Source of the DNA: an uncultured Acidobacteriota bacterium
GTDB taxonomy: Bacteria > Acidobacteriota > Thermoanaerobaculia > UBA5066 > Gp7-AA6
Direction of reading: 5' to 3'
Assembly: GCA_963764715.1 (NCBI GenBank)
Contig: CAVXTP010000021.1
Span: 224,001 to 288,000 of the forward strand
DNA length: 64,000 bases
The notes beneath the pieces are model-generated. The model saw only the letters and a program-made list of their open reading frames with translations. It was not told where the DNA came from and did no database searches. Positions within the stretch are counted from its first letter, which is position 1, and every line of letters starts with the position of its first letter. The position numbers were made by a program, and so were the translations under genes. Positions 29,356-44,444 of the stretch are shown in pieces.

Positions 29356-30357
29356 TCAGCGGGTGGGGCGGGAGCGGGGGCTTTTGCGCCAGTGGGCGAG
29401 GTCCAGGATGAAGGTCTCGATCCGGCGGTCCCAGGTGTGCTCGCGGAGGGCGCGCTGGCGGGCCCGGCGGCCCATGGCGAGCCGTGCGGGCTCGTCGGCG
29501 AGGACCGCCGCGGCCGCCGCGACGACGTCGTCCTTGGACGGGAAGACGGCGATCTCGACGCCCGGCGCGAACGACTCGGGAAGGCGCGGGAAGGACTCGA
29601 TGAGGCTCGGGACGCCGCAGGAGGCGGCGAAGAAGGCGCGCGGCGTGATCCGGTACGTTCCGCGGTACTTTCCGTGGACATCGTCGACGAGCGCGGTCTC
29701 CAGAGCGACGCGAGCGCCGTTCAGGGCCGCGCAGAGCGCGTCGGGGGTCTCGAGCGGCGGGCGCACCGGGACGCTCCAGCGCGTGTCGCCGGCGTACGCG
29801 TGGACCCGGACGGAGAAGCGGGACGCGAGCGCCGTCACGAGATCGTTGCGGTAAGGCGTCCACTTTCCGTAGTAGAGGATGTCGCACTCGGCCGCGGTCT
29901 TCAGCGGCCGGTAGAGCTCGGGGTCGGTCGCCGGGTCGCAGCGCCGGGCGGCGATCCCGCGGCCTTCGTAGTCGTGCAGCGTCTGCGGGTCCTGCGTGTA
30001 GAAGAGGTCGAACTCGGGGGCGATCGCAAACGAGGCCTCGAGCCCGTACGGGTCGGAGAGGGCGAAGCCCGCGATGGCCGTCGAGCGCGAGAGCGCGCGC
30101 CGCGCATGCTTCGAGAAGTGCAGGCCGCCGCCGAGGCAGACGACGGCCTCGGGCGGGGGATCGGTGTGGGCGAGCACGGCGTCGTCGGGAACGAGGGCCG
30201 GCTTCGCGCCCCCCGTCGGCACGAAGCCCGGGACCTGCGCGGGCTCGACGAGCACGGTCTTGAAGGCCCTCTGGAACGCGCGCAGCGGGGGATAAAGGTT
30301 GTTGCAGAAGGGCGGCTGGCTGACGTTGCCGAAGAGCACCAGGTCGGCGCCGCTCAA
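29356..30357 (-). CDS. Glycosyltransferase, CgeB/Glyco_trans_1_2-like
   Basis: ATDPELYRP, DILYYG, FAPGVEIAVF, ALREHTWDRRIE. Confidence 0.8.
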   Translation of the reverse strand: MSGADLVLFGNVSQPPFCNNLYPPLRAFQRAFKTVLVEPAQVPGFVPTGGAKPALVPDDAVLAHTDPPPEAVVCLGGGLHFSKHARRALSRSTAIAGFALSDPYGLEASFAIAPEFDLFYTQDPQTLHDYEGRGIAARRCDPATDPELYRPLKTAAECDILYYGKWTPYRNDLVTALASRFSVRVHAYAGDTRWSVPVRPPLETPDALCAALNGARVALETALVDDVHGKYRGTYRITPRAFFAASCGVPSLIESFPRLPESFAPGVEIAVFPSKDDVVAAAAAVLADEPARLAMGRRARQRALREHTWDRRIETFILDLAHWRKSPRSRPTR

Positions 30358-30468
30358 CGCGCGCTCCTGTTCGAACGGACAGGCGTCGTCGGGTCGGCGT
30401 TCACGTCACCTTAAATGTACGACGGAACGGCGCGCGGCCGTCGTGCGCTGCCCTACAATCGAGCGCCG

Positions 30469-33282
<2,814 letters not shown>

Positions 33283-33305
33283 CCCGGAGTTTCCCGTCCG
33301 TTCTG

Positions 33306-33362
33306 AAATTCTCGCCTCGGAAAGAATTTTCCGTTGACTCCCCGAAGATCGCGGTGGAATAG
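33306..33362 (+). promoter_or_regulatory. Candidate promoter/operator of surface protein 3
   Basis: AAATTCT-N10-AGAATTT and overlapping CGGAAA-GAAT-TTTCCG abutting TTGACT (33334-33339); -10 box unclear. Confidence 0.35.
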
Positions 33363-33407
33363 TTCTCCCAGCTTTTCAGGCGTTTCGCTTTAAAAATGGA
33401 GGACGGC

Positions 33408-36400
33408 ATGTTCCGGAGCTCGGCGAAGGGGCTTAACGCTCTTCTCGTGTCGGTCTCGGCCTGTCTTCTTCTCGCCTCGTCGGCGCTCTCGGGCGCCCCG
33501 ACGTCGGAGAAGAAGAGCGCACCGAAGGTCACTCCCAAGGTGCTCTTTCCCCGGGAGTCGAAGGTCACGGGTCTCCATCCGCTGCGCTCGCACCTCAAGC
33601 GGCCCGTGCCGGGAGCGACACGCCGGGAGATTCCGATCCAGCCGTTGACGCGCGCGAACCCCGACTACAAGGCGACCGGCCCGGCCCTTCCGCGGACGTC
33701 GCCGTCGCCCCAGATGCCCGACCCGCTCCTGACGTTCGAAGGCGTGGGCGACGTCAATTTCGTGCAGCCCGCCGATACGACCCTCGCGATCGGCCCGGAT
33801 CACGTGTTCCAGTGGGTCAACCTCTCGGCCCAGATCTTCGACAAGAGCGGCAACGACCTGTCGGGCGGTCCGTTCGACGGCACCGCGTTCTGGCAGGACC
33901 TCGGCGGCGACTGCGCCAGCGTCAACGGCGGCGACATCATCGTCATCTACGACCACCTCGCGGACCGGTGGATCGCGACCCAGCTCGCCGCGGAGGTCCA
34001 GGGCGCGAGCACGAACAACGTCTGCTGGGCGGTGTCCACGACCAACGACCCGCTCGGCACGTACTACCAGTACGCCTTCGATTACGGCGGGGACCTCAAC
34101 GACTACCCGAAGTGGGCCCTCTGGCCGGACGCCTACTACGGCACGTTCCGTAACTTCGTGGGTTCCGCCTTTTTCAGCGGCATGGTCGTGTGGGCGGTCG
34201 ATCGCAACGCGGTCCTCGCGGGCGACTCGGACCCGGCCATCCTCGCCGTCGACGTCGGGTCCGGTCTTCCGAGCCTCGACGGGCTTCTCGCAGCCAACCT
34301 CTCGCCCGGCAACCCGGGACCGCCGCTGGCGGCGCGCACCGGCGGCGCCATACCGCCGGAGACTCTCTTCGGCGTTTCCAACCCGGGCCTCGACGGCGAC
34401 CCGTCGGCGATCCGCATCTTCCAGTTCCACCCCGACTTCGCGAATCCCCCGGCGTCGACCTTCTCGGGCCCGGTCGACCTGCCCGTGGCGGACTTCACAC
34501 CCTCGACGGGCTCCGTCGAGCAGCCGCCTCCGGGCGGCTCGCTCGAGGACCTGCCGTGGGTCATGTACAAGGCGGACTACCGCAACTTCGGAACGTACGA
34601 GGGCGTCGTGCTGACCCACACCGAGGATGTGGGCGGCGGCCAGATCGGCGTGCGCTGGTACGAGGTGCGCGATCCCGCCGGAACGCCGGTCCTCCACCAG
34701 CAGGGGACCTTCGCGCCCGACTCGTCCAACCGGTGGTTCCCGTCGATCGCCCAGGACTTCGTGGGTGATATCGCCGTCGGCTACAGCGTCGCGGACGGCT
34801 CGATCTTCCCCTCGATCCGCTACGCGGGCCGCTTCCCGGGCGATCCCCTCGGCGAGCTCGCGCAGGGTGAAGGCGAGTTCTTCGCCGGCAACGGGTCCTT
34901 CGGGGGCTTCCGCTGGGGCGACTACAGCACGATCTCGCTCGACCCCGTGGACCAGTGCACGTTCTGGTACACCACGATGTACGTGCCCGGCTCGGGCCTC
35001 GCCGACTGGGGGACCGGAATCGGCTCGTTCAAGTTCCCGAGCTGCACGACCGGCCCGCGGGGCACGATCAGCGGCACGGTCACCGACGGGACCAACCCGA
35101 TCCCGGGCGTCAAGGTCTCGGCGGGAACGTCGAGCGCGACGACCGACGCCACGGGCGCCTACTCGATGGAGCTGCCGACGGGAACCTACGACCTGACCGC
35201 CAGCAAGTACGGCTACCTGCCGGGCTCCGCCAACGGCGTCGTGGTCACCGAGGACAACACCACCACGGTGAACTTCACGCTCGAAACCGCTCCGTCGACC
35301 GAGGTCAACGGGACGGTCAAGGACGGCTCCGGCGGCGGCTGGCCCCTCTACGCGAACATCAAGATCACTGCGCCGGGCGCGCCGACGTTCAACCTGTCGA
35401 CCGACCCGGTCACCGGCTACTACAGCATCGTCCTCGTGCAGGGGATCACCTACACCTTCCAGATCAAGGCCGTGAGCCCCGGATACCAGACCGGCGGCGG
35501 GACGCTCGATCTGACGGCCACCGTGCGTGTCGCCGGCGCCGTCGTGAAGAACTGGGAGCTCTTCGTCGACGCCGATGTCTGTACCGCGCCCGGCTACACG
35601 CCAAGCCTCATCGGCCTCTCGGAGGACTTCGAGAGCGGCGACATCCCCGAAGGCTGGAGCGTGACCAACGACAGCACTGACGGCGGCGGGACGTGGCTCG
35701 TCAACCTGGGAGGCGACCCCTGCGGCCACGGCGCCTTCTCGGGCAACCAGACGGGCGGCACCGGCTACTACGCGCTCGTCGACAGCGACTGCGACGGGTT
35801 CGTCACGGACGACACCTCGCTCATCACCCCGTCGGTCGACATGTCCGGCCTTCACGACGGCGAAGCTCCGGTTCAACACGGACTACAACAATCTCGGCGA
35901 CGTGGCCGACGTGGACATCTCGACGGACGGCGGGACCGTCTGGACCAACGTCTGGCACAAGACCGCGGACGTTCCCGGACCGAGCGTCCAGTCGATCGAC
36001 ATCACCACGATCGCCGCGGGCCAGGCCGACGTCAAGGCCCGGTTCCACTACTACAACGCGTTCTTCGCGTGGTGGTGGCAGGTCGACAACGTCTTCCTCG
36101 GGAACGCCACGTGCAACCCCTCGGCCGGAGGCCTCGTGGTCGGCAAGGTCACGAGCCTCGCGAGCGGCCTCGGCCTGAACCACGCGAAGGTCAAGAACCT
36201 GCCGGACGACGCCGAGACCTTCACGTTCCACTCGCCGAGCGAGGGCGACGGCTTCTACATCCTCTTCGCCCCGTCCGGCTCGCAGCCGTTCGAGGCTTCG
36301 CTCAAGCTCTACCAGTCGGCCCAGGCCAGCAAGACCGTGGTCCCCGGCTCGACGCAGCGCCTGGACTTCGCGCTGAAGTCGGGACAGCTTTCGGTGGCTC

Positions 36401-38145
36401 CCACGGCGCTCAACGGCCGGGTCGATCCGAACGGCTCGCAGACGCAGCCGTTCACGGTCACCAACACCGGCACCGTCGCCGCGAACTTCAAGCTCCTGGA
36501 GCTCAACGCTCCCATCCTGAATTCCGTGACCCACGGCTTCGCGTCGGATGCCCAGCGCCAGGCGGCGCTGTCGCGCCTGCCGGACGGCAAGGGCGGCAAG
36601 ATGCACACGGCGTTGACGGCGCGCGGGCTCGCGGCGCCGAAGGACCTGCCGCACGGTCTGGATCGCCTGCTGGCGGCGGGCAACGTGCTGAGCTCGTTCG
36701 ATTCGGGCCTGACGATCGGCTGGGGAGTCGCGACGGTCGGAACGGACGTCTGGCTCTCGAACCCCTCGTACATCGGGGGCGGTGACGACAACGACCACCG
36801 GTTCAAGGCCAATGGCACCGACACGGGCGACGTGATTTCCGAAGACGGCGTCGGTCTGTGGGCGGGGGATGGCGCCTACAACTCGAATACCGGCAAGTAC
36901 TGGCGGGTGGCCGTCGGCGGCGACAACTGCCTGTACGAGTTCGATCCCGTGACCAAGTCCCAGACGGGCAACACGATCTGCGGGTCGCCCTGGACGGGGA
37001 CTTCCCAGCGCGGTCTGGCCTACGACTCGGGGACGGATACGTTCTTCGTCGGCGGCTGGAACGAATTGATCGTCTACCACATCGATTTGGACGGCAACGT
37101 CCTCGACTCCAAGGACGTGGGGCTGCCGATTGCGGGCCTCGCCTACAGCCCGTCGAACGGACACCTGCTGGTCATGTCCAACCAACCGGCGGGACCGGAC
37201 GTGACGGTTCTCGACTCTCTCAACAACTACGACGTGCTCGGCACGTTCCAGGTCGTCGACAACGGCTCGCCCGTGTTCGGCGATTACGAACAGGCGGGCA
37301 TGGAGTTCGACTGCGCCGGCAAGCTCTGGGCGATCAATCAGGCGACCCAGGTCGTTTACCAGATCGACGCCGGAGAAAGCGGCAGCTGCGAGGTCGACAT
37401 TCCGTGGTTCTCGGTCGATCCGAAGGAGGGCAGCGTCGATCCGAATGGAGGCACGGCGCCCGTGACGGCGGCCTGGGATTCCGGCAACCTCCTGCCGGGC
37501 CTCTACCAGGCACAGCTGCTGTCGAAGACCGACACGCCGACGGGCATTCCGCCGGTCCCGGTGACCCTGACGGTCCGGTTCCTCGACGTGCCCGACTCGA
37601 ACCAGTTCGAGGCGTTCATCTACGGTGCGGCGGGTGCGGGCGTGATGTTCGGCGGCCCTCCGGTCTGCCCGGCGGGCGTCCTCGACTTCTGCCCGGATGG
37701 CGTGGTGACCCGCGCCGACATGGCCGGTTATCTCTGGCGCGGAGTCAACGGGCGCAACGCGGCGCCCCCGGTCTACCAGAACATCTTCACGGACGTGACG
37801 TTCAACGACTACAACGCGTTCTACATCCAGGGCATCTTCGACCTCGGCATCACGGCGGGTTGCGGGACCAACATCTATTGCCCGGGCAACCCGGTCACCC
37901 GCGCCCAGATGTCGGTCTTCCTCGTCAAGGCGACCGAGGGTTCCGACTTCGTACCTCCGGCCTGCACGGGAGTCTTCGCCGACGTGCCGTGCCCCGGCGG
38001 TTTCGCGGTCGACTACATCGAGTACCTCGCCAGCCAGAACGTCACGGCGGGCTGCGGCGGCGGTAACTTCTGCCCGACGCAAAACATCACCAACGGTCAG
38101 ATGGCGACTTTCCTCGTCAAGGCCTTCAACATCCCGCACCTCTGA
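33408..38145 (+). CDS. Large secreted multidomain surface protein 3 with 3 SLH-like repeats; +1 frameshift near 35850
   Basis: GGAGGA RBS; same domain order as protein 1; removing one C gives GFTTAKLRFNTDYNNLGDVADVD. Confidence 0.82.
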
Positions 38146-38167
38146 TCGGGATCCATTCGGTTCCTTC

Positions 38168-38198
38168 GGGCCCGGCGCGAGCCGGGCCCTTTCTTTTT
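38168..38198 (+). terminator. Rho-independent terminator
   Basis: GGGCCCGGC-GCGA-GCCGGGCCC followed by TTTCTTTTT. Confidence 0.88.
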
Positions 38199-38218
38199 GA
38201 GCTATCGTCGTCGCCGCG

Positions 38219-40265
38219 ATGCGCGGGACGGCGGCGCTGGCGGCGGCTCTCCTGGCGTGCGGCGCCGCGGCGGCGCGCGCGTCCGATCCTCCGCCGATCG
38301 TCCTCGTCACGCTCGACACGACCCGGGCCGACCGCGTGGGGAGCCGGCCGGGCGGGGCGTCGCTGACGCCGAACCTCGACACTCTCGCGCGCGCGGGAAC
38401 GCGGTTTTCGAACGCCCTGACGCCGTCGCCCCTCACGCTGCCCGCGCACTGCAGCCTGATGACGGGCCTCGATCCCCCCCGGCACGGCGTCCGGGACAAC
38501 GGCGTGGGGTCGCTGCCGGAGGACGTGCCGACGCTGGCGGCCGCCCTCGCCCGGCGGGGGTACGCGACCGGCGCGGTGATCGCCTCGCGGGTCCTCGACC
38601 GCCGCTTCGGACTGGCGCGGGGGTTCGAGACCTACGACGACGCGATCGTCGCCGAGCAGACCGGCGAACAGGGGTATCCGGAGCGCGACGCGGCGGCCGT
38701 CACCGGGGCCGCGCTCGCGTGGGCGTCGAAGCTGCCCGCCGGGCGTCCCTACTTCCTGTGGGTGCATTACTACGACGCCCACGCGCCGTACGCGCCGCCG
38801 GGAGACTGGGCCGGGCGGACCGCGGACGAGCGTTACGACGGCGAGATCGCGTACGTCGACCGGGAGGTGGGACGGCTGCTCGCCGGCCTGCCCGGAGCGG
38901 GCCGCCGGATCGTGGCGGCCGTCGGCGACCACGGCGAGATGCTCGGCGAGCACGGCGAGAAGGAGCACGGCGTCTTTCTCTATCGCGCCTCGCTCGAAGT
39001 GCCGCTCCTGATCGCGGGCCCCAGCGTCGCTTCGGACCGCGTGATCGCGACACCCGCGGCGACCCGCGGCCTGCCGGCGACCTTGCTCCGCCTCGCGGGC
39101 CTGACCGCCGACGCCGCTCCCTTCGGGCCGGGCCTTCCCGGGATCGGGCCCTCGGCCGATTCCTCGCGCGCGCCGGCCGTCTACGGCGAGACGGACCTGC
39201 CCGCGTCGGCCTACGGGTGGAGCCCGCTCGCCTCGGCGACCGATGCCCGCTATCGGCTCATCGTCGCGCCCCGTCCGGAGCTCTACGACCTGCGGCAGGA
39301 CCCGGCGGAGAGCCGAAACCTCTGGGGCGGCGAGCCGGAGGTCGTTCGGCGGCTCCAGCGCGTTATCGCCGACGCCACCCGCGCCGCGCGCCCGGCCGCT
39401 CGGGTCACGCCGTCGGCGGAGCTCGCCGAATCGCTCCGCCGGCTGGGCTACCTCTCGGGCTCGAGCCCCCGGGCGGGCTCGATCGATCCCAAGGACGGCA
39501 TCCGGATGCTCGACGAGCTGGAGGAGGCGAAGGATCTGACGCGGCGCGGAAGGGCGCGAGAGGCGGCCGCCGCGCTCGAGGGCCTGGTCAAGCGCAGTCC
39601 CGGGAACGTCCCGTTTCTCGCGCGGCTGGCCGAGGCCCAGGCCGCGTCGGGGGAGACGGGCCGGGCGATCGAAACGCTGGGAGAGGCGCTCGAGCTCAAT
39701 CCCGGGCTCGACTTTCTCCACCTTCAGTTCGCCCGGCTCTGCGTGCAGGCGGGACAGACCGGGGAAGCCCGGGCTTCGTACCGCCGGGCCCTCGCTCTCA
39801 ATCCCCGCTTCGCCGCGGCCTGGTTCGGGCTGGCCGAACTCGCCGCGCGATCGGGGCCCGCCGGCGAGGAGCTTCGGATCCTCCGCGAGGGCGAGGCCGC
39901 CGGAACGCACAGCGGGGCGCTCTATGCGCGACTCGCGCAGGTCGAGCTTCCGTCGGGCGACGTTCGAGCGGCGCAACTTCACGCCGACGCCGCCGTTCGC
40001 CTGCTCCCGACCTTCGCGCCCGGCTGGTGGGTCGCGGGCGAGGTGGCCGAGCGACAGGGAAGGACGGACGACGCGATCCGATGCTTCGAGAAGGCCGCGG
40101 CCCTCGGCCTCGAGGATCCCCGCGCCCTCCTGCATCTCGGCGCGGCTGCTCATCGCCGCCGGCCGCACGCCCGCCGCGAAGCCCTACCTCGAGCGCGCCG
40201 CCCGGCTCGGCCAGGGCGCGCCGTCGGGGGAGGAAGCCCGCCGGCTCCTTCTCAGCAACCAGTAA
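38219..40265 (+). CDS. Sulfatase-like hydrolase/transferase with TPR repeats; +1 frameshift near 40140
   Basis: VTLDTTRAD, TLPAHCSLMTG, HYYDAHAPY, GDHGE; last TPR continues in the 39924-40265 frame. Confidence 0.82.
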
Positions 40266-40287
40266 GAAGCAAACGGGCGTCTTCCGC

Positions 40288-41053
40288 TTACTGCCTACCG
40301 CCGCCGACCGCGTCCGACTCGCCCAGCGACCACTGGTGATACGCCTCGGTCACCGACGCGGCATCGCCGTCGCAGACCATGCGGCCGTGGTGGAGCCAGA
40401 TGACCCGGTCGCAGCTCTCCCGGATCTGCGAGAGCGAGTGCGAGACGAGCATCAACGTCTTGCCCCGGTCGTGGAAGCCCTGCATGCGCTCCTTGCACTT
40501 GCGCTGGAACTTCTCGTCGCCGACCGACAGGGCCTCGTCGACGAGGAGGATGTCGGGATCGATGTCGGTCGCGACGGAGAAGGCGAGCCGCGCGGACATC
40601 CCGGTCGAGTACGTGCGGGCCGGCGCGTCGATGAAGTCCTCGAGCTCCGCCCAGGCGACGATTCGGTCGAGCCGCCGGCGGACCTCGGCGCGGGAGAATC
40701 CCAGGAGCGCCCCCTGGAGCATCACGTTCTCGCGCCCGGTCAGCTCGCCGTGGAAGCCGAGGCCGAGCTCCAGGATCGGGGCGATCCGGCCGGACACGAA
40801 CACGCGGCCCGCGGACGGCGGCAGCACCCGCGAGATGATCCGGAAGAGCGTGCTCTTGCCGGCGCCGTTGCGTCCGATGACGCCGATCGCGCTCGCCGGG
40901 CTCGACGGAAAGGTCGATGTCCTTCAGGGCCTCGAAGTCCTGGTAGGACACCCGGCGCTGGATGCGGCGGATCGCGTACTCCTTCAAGGAGTGGATGCGC
41001 TCCTTCGGGATGCGGTACCGGAGGGCGACCTTCTCGAGGCGGATGGCGGGCAC
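40288..41053 (-). CDS. wzt: Polysaccharide ABC exporter ATP-binding subunit; +1 frameshift near 40889
   Basis: FEALKDIDL, GRNGAGKSTL, YSTGMSARLAF, LLVDEALSVGD; no C-terminal carbohydrate-binding domain. Confidence 0.85.
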
Positions 41054-41058
41054 GGCCG

Positions 41059-41901
41059 TCAGCTCCAGTACGCCAGGTCGTCGGCCCGGTGGCAGAAGTA
41101 CACCCAGCCCGTCACCAGGACGGCGAGAGCGAAGGTCAGCGAAACGACGACGAGCTCGACCGAGGGCAGGACGCCGTCGTAGATCGGCTTCCGGAAGACC
41201 TGGATGAGGTGGTACATCGGATTCAGCGACAGCCAGACGCGGTACCGGTACGGCACGATCGACGGCTCGTAGACGATCGGCGTCAGGAAGAACCAGGTCT
41301 GGACGATCACGGCGTACATCTCGCGGACGTCGGCGAAGCGCGACGTCACGGTGAAGAGGAGCAGGCTGACGCCGGCCGTGAACATCGCGAGGATGACGAT
41401 CGAAACGGGCAGGAACGCCCACGTCGCGTGGAGCGGGAAGCCCGTGACCGCGACGATGAGCAGCAGCGGCACGAGCGAGAGCACGAGATTGACCAGGCCG
41501 CCGCCGAGGGCGGAGGCCACGAAGACCGAGCGCGGCACGAACATGCGGCGGGCGAGGTCGTTCGAGGCCTGGGTCTGCGACGCGGCCGAAACCGAGGTCT
41601 GGGAGAAGAAGCCCCAGAAGATCTGGCCCGCCATGAAGTAGACGGGATAGTTGGCCACCGTGGTCTTCAGCATCGCCGAGAAGACGAGCGTGAGGGCGAT
41701 CATGTTCAGGAGCGGCGCGAGCATCGTCCACACGAGGCCGAGGACCGAGCGCTTGTAGCGGACCTTGATGTCGCGGATCACGAGCTCGTGCACGAGGCCG
41801 CGGTAGCGCCAGAGGTACTCGGCCTCCTCGATCCAGCGGGGGCGCCGCCGGGCGGAGTCGTACACCTCCGGGGAGCGGGCCGCCTCCGTCACGTCCGCCA
41901 T
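41059..41901 (-). CDS. wzm: Polysaccharide ABC exporter permease
   Basis: RDIKVRYKRSVLGLVW, FFLTPIVY, LNP motifs. Confidence 0.9.
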   Translation of the reverse strand: MADVTEAARSPEVYDSARRRPRWIEEAEYLWRYRGLVHELVIRDIKVRYKRSVLGLVWTMLAPLLNMIALTLVFSAMLKTTVANYPVYFMAGQIFWGFFSQTSVSAASQTQASNDLARRMFVPRSVFVASALGGGLVNLVLSLVPLLLIVAVTGFPLHATWAFLPVSIVILAMFTAGVSLLLFTVTSRFADVREMYAVIVQTWFFLTPIVYEPSIVPYRYRVWLSLNPMYHLIQVFRKPIYDGVLPSVELVVVSLTFALAVLVTGWVYFCHRADDLAYWS

Positions 41902-41902
41902 C

Positions 41903-43183
41903 CTATGGCGACGCCGTGTCCGGCAGGTTGAGGATCCAGGAGTCGAGCACGGTGGCGCGGACGTCCCAGGTATTCTCCCGTGCGAAGTCCCGCCTCAGCT
42001 CCGCCGTCGCGGACGCCTCGGCCGCCGCGGCCGAAATCTCGCGAACGAACTGCTCGGGTGTCGACGCGAGCCGGACGATGCCGCGCCCGACGAAGGGCCG
42101 GAGGGAATCCATGGGCGTCGCCACGACCGGACGGCCCGCGGCCGCCGCCTCGTACACCTTGACGGGATCGGTCGCGTGGGTCAGCGGGGAGAGACGGAAG
42201 GGGATGATCTCGACGTCGAACCGGGCCCGCAGCTCCGGAAGCTCCCGATGGGGCCGCTCGCCGTGGAAGACGACGTTCGAGCGTGGCGTCAGGCGCGCCG
42301 CGTCGCTCTCCTGCCCTCCGACGATCTCGAACCGCCAGTCGGGGGAGAGCGCCGCGAGCCGCGCCAGAAGCTCGCCGTCGAACCACTCGTCGACCGCGCC
42401 GACGTAGCCGACGGTGAGCGGCCCGCGCGGGGAAGGCGGCGCGATCGAGCCAAAGAGCGCGAAGTCGCAGGCATTGGGAAGGAGCCGGGGAGAGTCCCGG
42501 CCTCCCTCGAGGCGGCGGCGGAGGGCCTCCGACGTCGCGACCACGAGGTCGGCGCCCCGGACGAGCTCGCGCTCGGCGTCGGTCAGGACCGCCGGCCGGT
42601 TCGTGGCGAAGGCCTCGTGGGCGTCGAGGCAGTCGTAGACGACCCGCCACCCGAAGCGCGACTTGAGGGCGGCGGCGAGCGGCGCCCAGAACGGGGATTC
42701 GACGAGAAGCGCCGCGCGGCCGAGGGCGAACCGCTCGTGGGCGGCGACGACCGACTCGAGCGCCCGCGCGAGCGCGCGTCCGCGCAGGCGCGTTTCCGGC
42801 AGGTCCTCCCGGCGCGGGCCCTCGAGCGGCAGGAGCGTGACGCCGGGGCCGGCGCCGACGGGTTCCCGGGGCTCGCCCGCGCCCTCGACCGAGGCGTAGA
42901 ACACGCGTCGGCCGCGTCGCGCCAGGGCCTCGGCGAGCTGCTGCGGCCGCTGGCGCCGGTAGCTCCATGCGATCACCGGGAGCACGACGACGTCTTCGCG
43001 GCCGGGCCGGGCGGGGCCCGGCGAGAGCGGTCGCCACGCGAACTCCGGGGCGGGCTTGCGCAGGCCGAGCAGCCGCTCGGACGGGACGCGCCGGCGCAGC
43101 GCCCGCCGCCACGCGAGCGGCGTCAACCGCCGTCCGAGCGCGTAGATGCGGCCGCGCAAGCCGGATTCCCAGTCCTCCCTCAT
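41903..43183 (-). CDS. GT-B glycosyltransferase (TuaH-like)
   Basis: QRPQQLA, VVYDCLD, GYVGAVDEWFD, DPVKVYEAAAAGRPVV, ENTWDVR. Confidence 0.85.
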   Translation of the reverse strand: MREDWESGLRGRIYALGRRLTPLAWRRALRRRVPSERLLGLRKPAPEFAWRPLSPGPARPGREDVVVLPVIAWSYRRQRPQQLAEALARRGRRVFYASVEGAGEPREPVGAGPGVTLLPLEGPRREDLPETRLRGRALARALESVVAAHERFALGRAALLVESPFWAPLAAALKSRFGWRVVYDCLDAHEAFATNRPAVLTDAERELVRGADLVVATSEALRRRLEGGRDSPRLLPNACDFALFGSIAPPSPRGPLTVGYVGAVDEWFDGELLARLAALSPDWRFEIVGGQESDAARLTPRSNVVFHGERPHRELPELRARFDVEIIPFRLSPLTHATDPVKVYEAAAAGRPVVATPMDSLRPFVGRGIVRLASTPEQFVREISAAAAEASATAELRRDFARENTWDVRATVLDSWILNLPDTASP

Positions 43184-43197
43184 GCGTCCCAAGGCTC

Positions 43198-44292
43198 TCA
43201 CGCCGGAGGCCCGAACGGCTCGAACGGGCGTCCCATCAGGATGGAGGCGATCCGCTCCGCGGCCTGGCCGTCGCCGTAGGGATTCGTGCCGGTCATGCGG
43301 CGCCGCGCCGCGCCGTCGGACAAGAGAGCGGAGGCCTCGCCGACGATCGCCTCCTCGTCGGTTCCGACGAGCCGGGCGAGGCCGGCTTCGACGCCCTCGG
43401 GGCGCTCGGTTTTTTCGCGCAGCACGAGGACGGGCTTGCCGAACGTGGGCGCTTCCTCCTGGATCCCGCCGGAGTCGGTCAGGATGAGGCGCGCGCGCCG
43501 CATCAGGCGCACGAGCGCGAGGTAGTCGAGCGGCTCGACGAGCTCCACGTTCGGAAAAGTCGCGTTGCGGCGGACGACGTCCCGGACGTTGGGGTTGGGG
43601 TGGATGACGTGGACGAACCGAGTGGCCGGAAACCTTCCGGCGAGACGTCCGATCGCGCGCACGACGCGGTCGAGCGGCTCGCCGAAGCTCTCGCGCCGGT
43701 GGGCGGTGATGAGGACGAGGTCTTCCTCCGGCACGGCGCCTTCCCGGCCCGCGATCTCCTCGAGGGCGTCGACGACGGTGTTGCCCGTCAGGAAGACCTT
43801 CTCCGCCGGGACCTCCTCCGCCGCCAGGGCCCGCGCCGCGCGCCGCGTCGGAACGAAGTTCGCGGCGGAGACGAGGTCGACGACGCGTCGGTTCATCTCC
43901 TCGGGGAACGGGTGGTCGAAGTCGCCGGTCCGCAGCCCCGCCTCGACGTGGCCGACGCGCACGCGGCAGTGGAACGCCGCCAGCGCCGCCGCCATCGCCG
44001 TGGTCGTGTCGCCCTGGACGAGGAGCCAGTCCGGCGCCTCGCGGGCCAGCACGTCGTCGAGCCCGGCGAGGACGCGCGCGGCGAGCGCGTTGATCGTCTG
44101 GTTGGGGCGCATCAGGTCGAGGTCGATGTCGGGCGTCAGGCCGAAGAGCGCGAAGACCTGGTCGAGCATCTCGCGGTGCTGCGCGGTCGCGCAGACCACG
44201 ACGCGCGCGCCCGGCTCGCGCTGGAGGCGGCGGATGACCGGAGCCATCTTGATGGCCTCGGGGCGAGTGCCGACGACGACGAGGAGCTTCAT
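43198..44292 (-). CDS. wecB: UDP-N-acetylglucosamine 2-epimerase (non-hydrolysing)
   Basis: GTRPEAIKMAP, QGDTTT, HVEAGLR, PFPEEMNR, DSGGIQEEAP, NPYGDG. Confidence 0.96.
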   Translation of the reverse strand: MKLLVVVGTRPEAIKMAPVIRRLQREPGARVVVCATAQHREMLDQVFALFGLTPDIDLDLMRPNQTINALAARVLAGLDDVLAREAPDWLLVQGDTTTAMAAALAAFHCRVRVGHVEAGLRTGDFDHPFPEEMNRRVVDLVSAANFVPTRRAARALAAEEVPAEKVFLTGNTVVDALEEIAGREGAVPEEDLVLITAHRRESFGEPLDRVVRAIGRLAGRFPATRFVHVIHPNPNVRDVVRRNATFPNVELVEPLDYLALVRLMRRARLILTDSGGIQEEAPTFGKPVLVLREKTERPEGVEAGLARLVGTDEEAIVGEASALLSDGAARRRMTGTNPYGDGQAAERIASILMGRPFEPFGPPA

Positions 44293-44444
44293 GCTGGTTG
44301 CGTTCCGCCGGGCCGCGAGGCGGCCGCCGGGTGTTCCCGCCGGGGGCGGGCCTCGCCGCATTGTACGGGCTTTCGCTCGGGAAGCGCGCGGCGAAAATCA
44401 CGCGACGCCCGGAGCGCCCGAGAGTAGACTTCGGGCCCAGAGCC

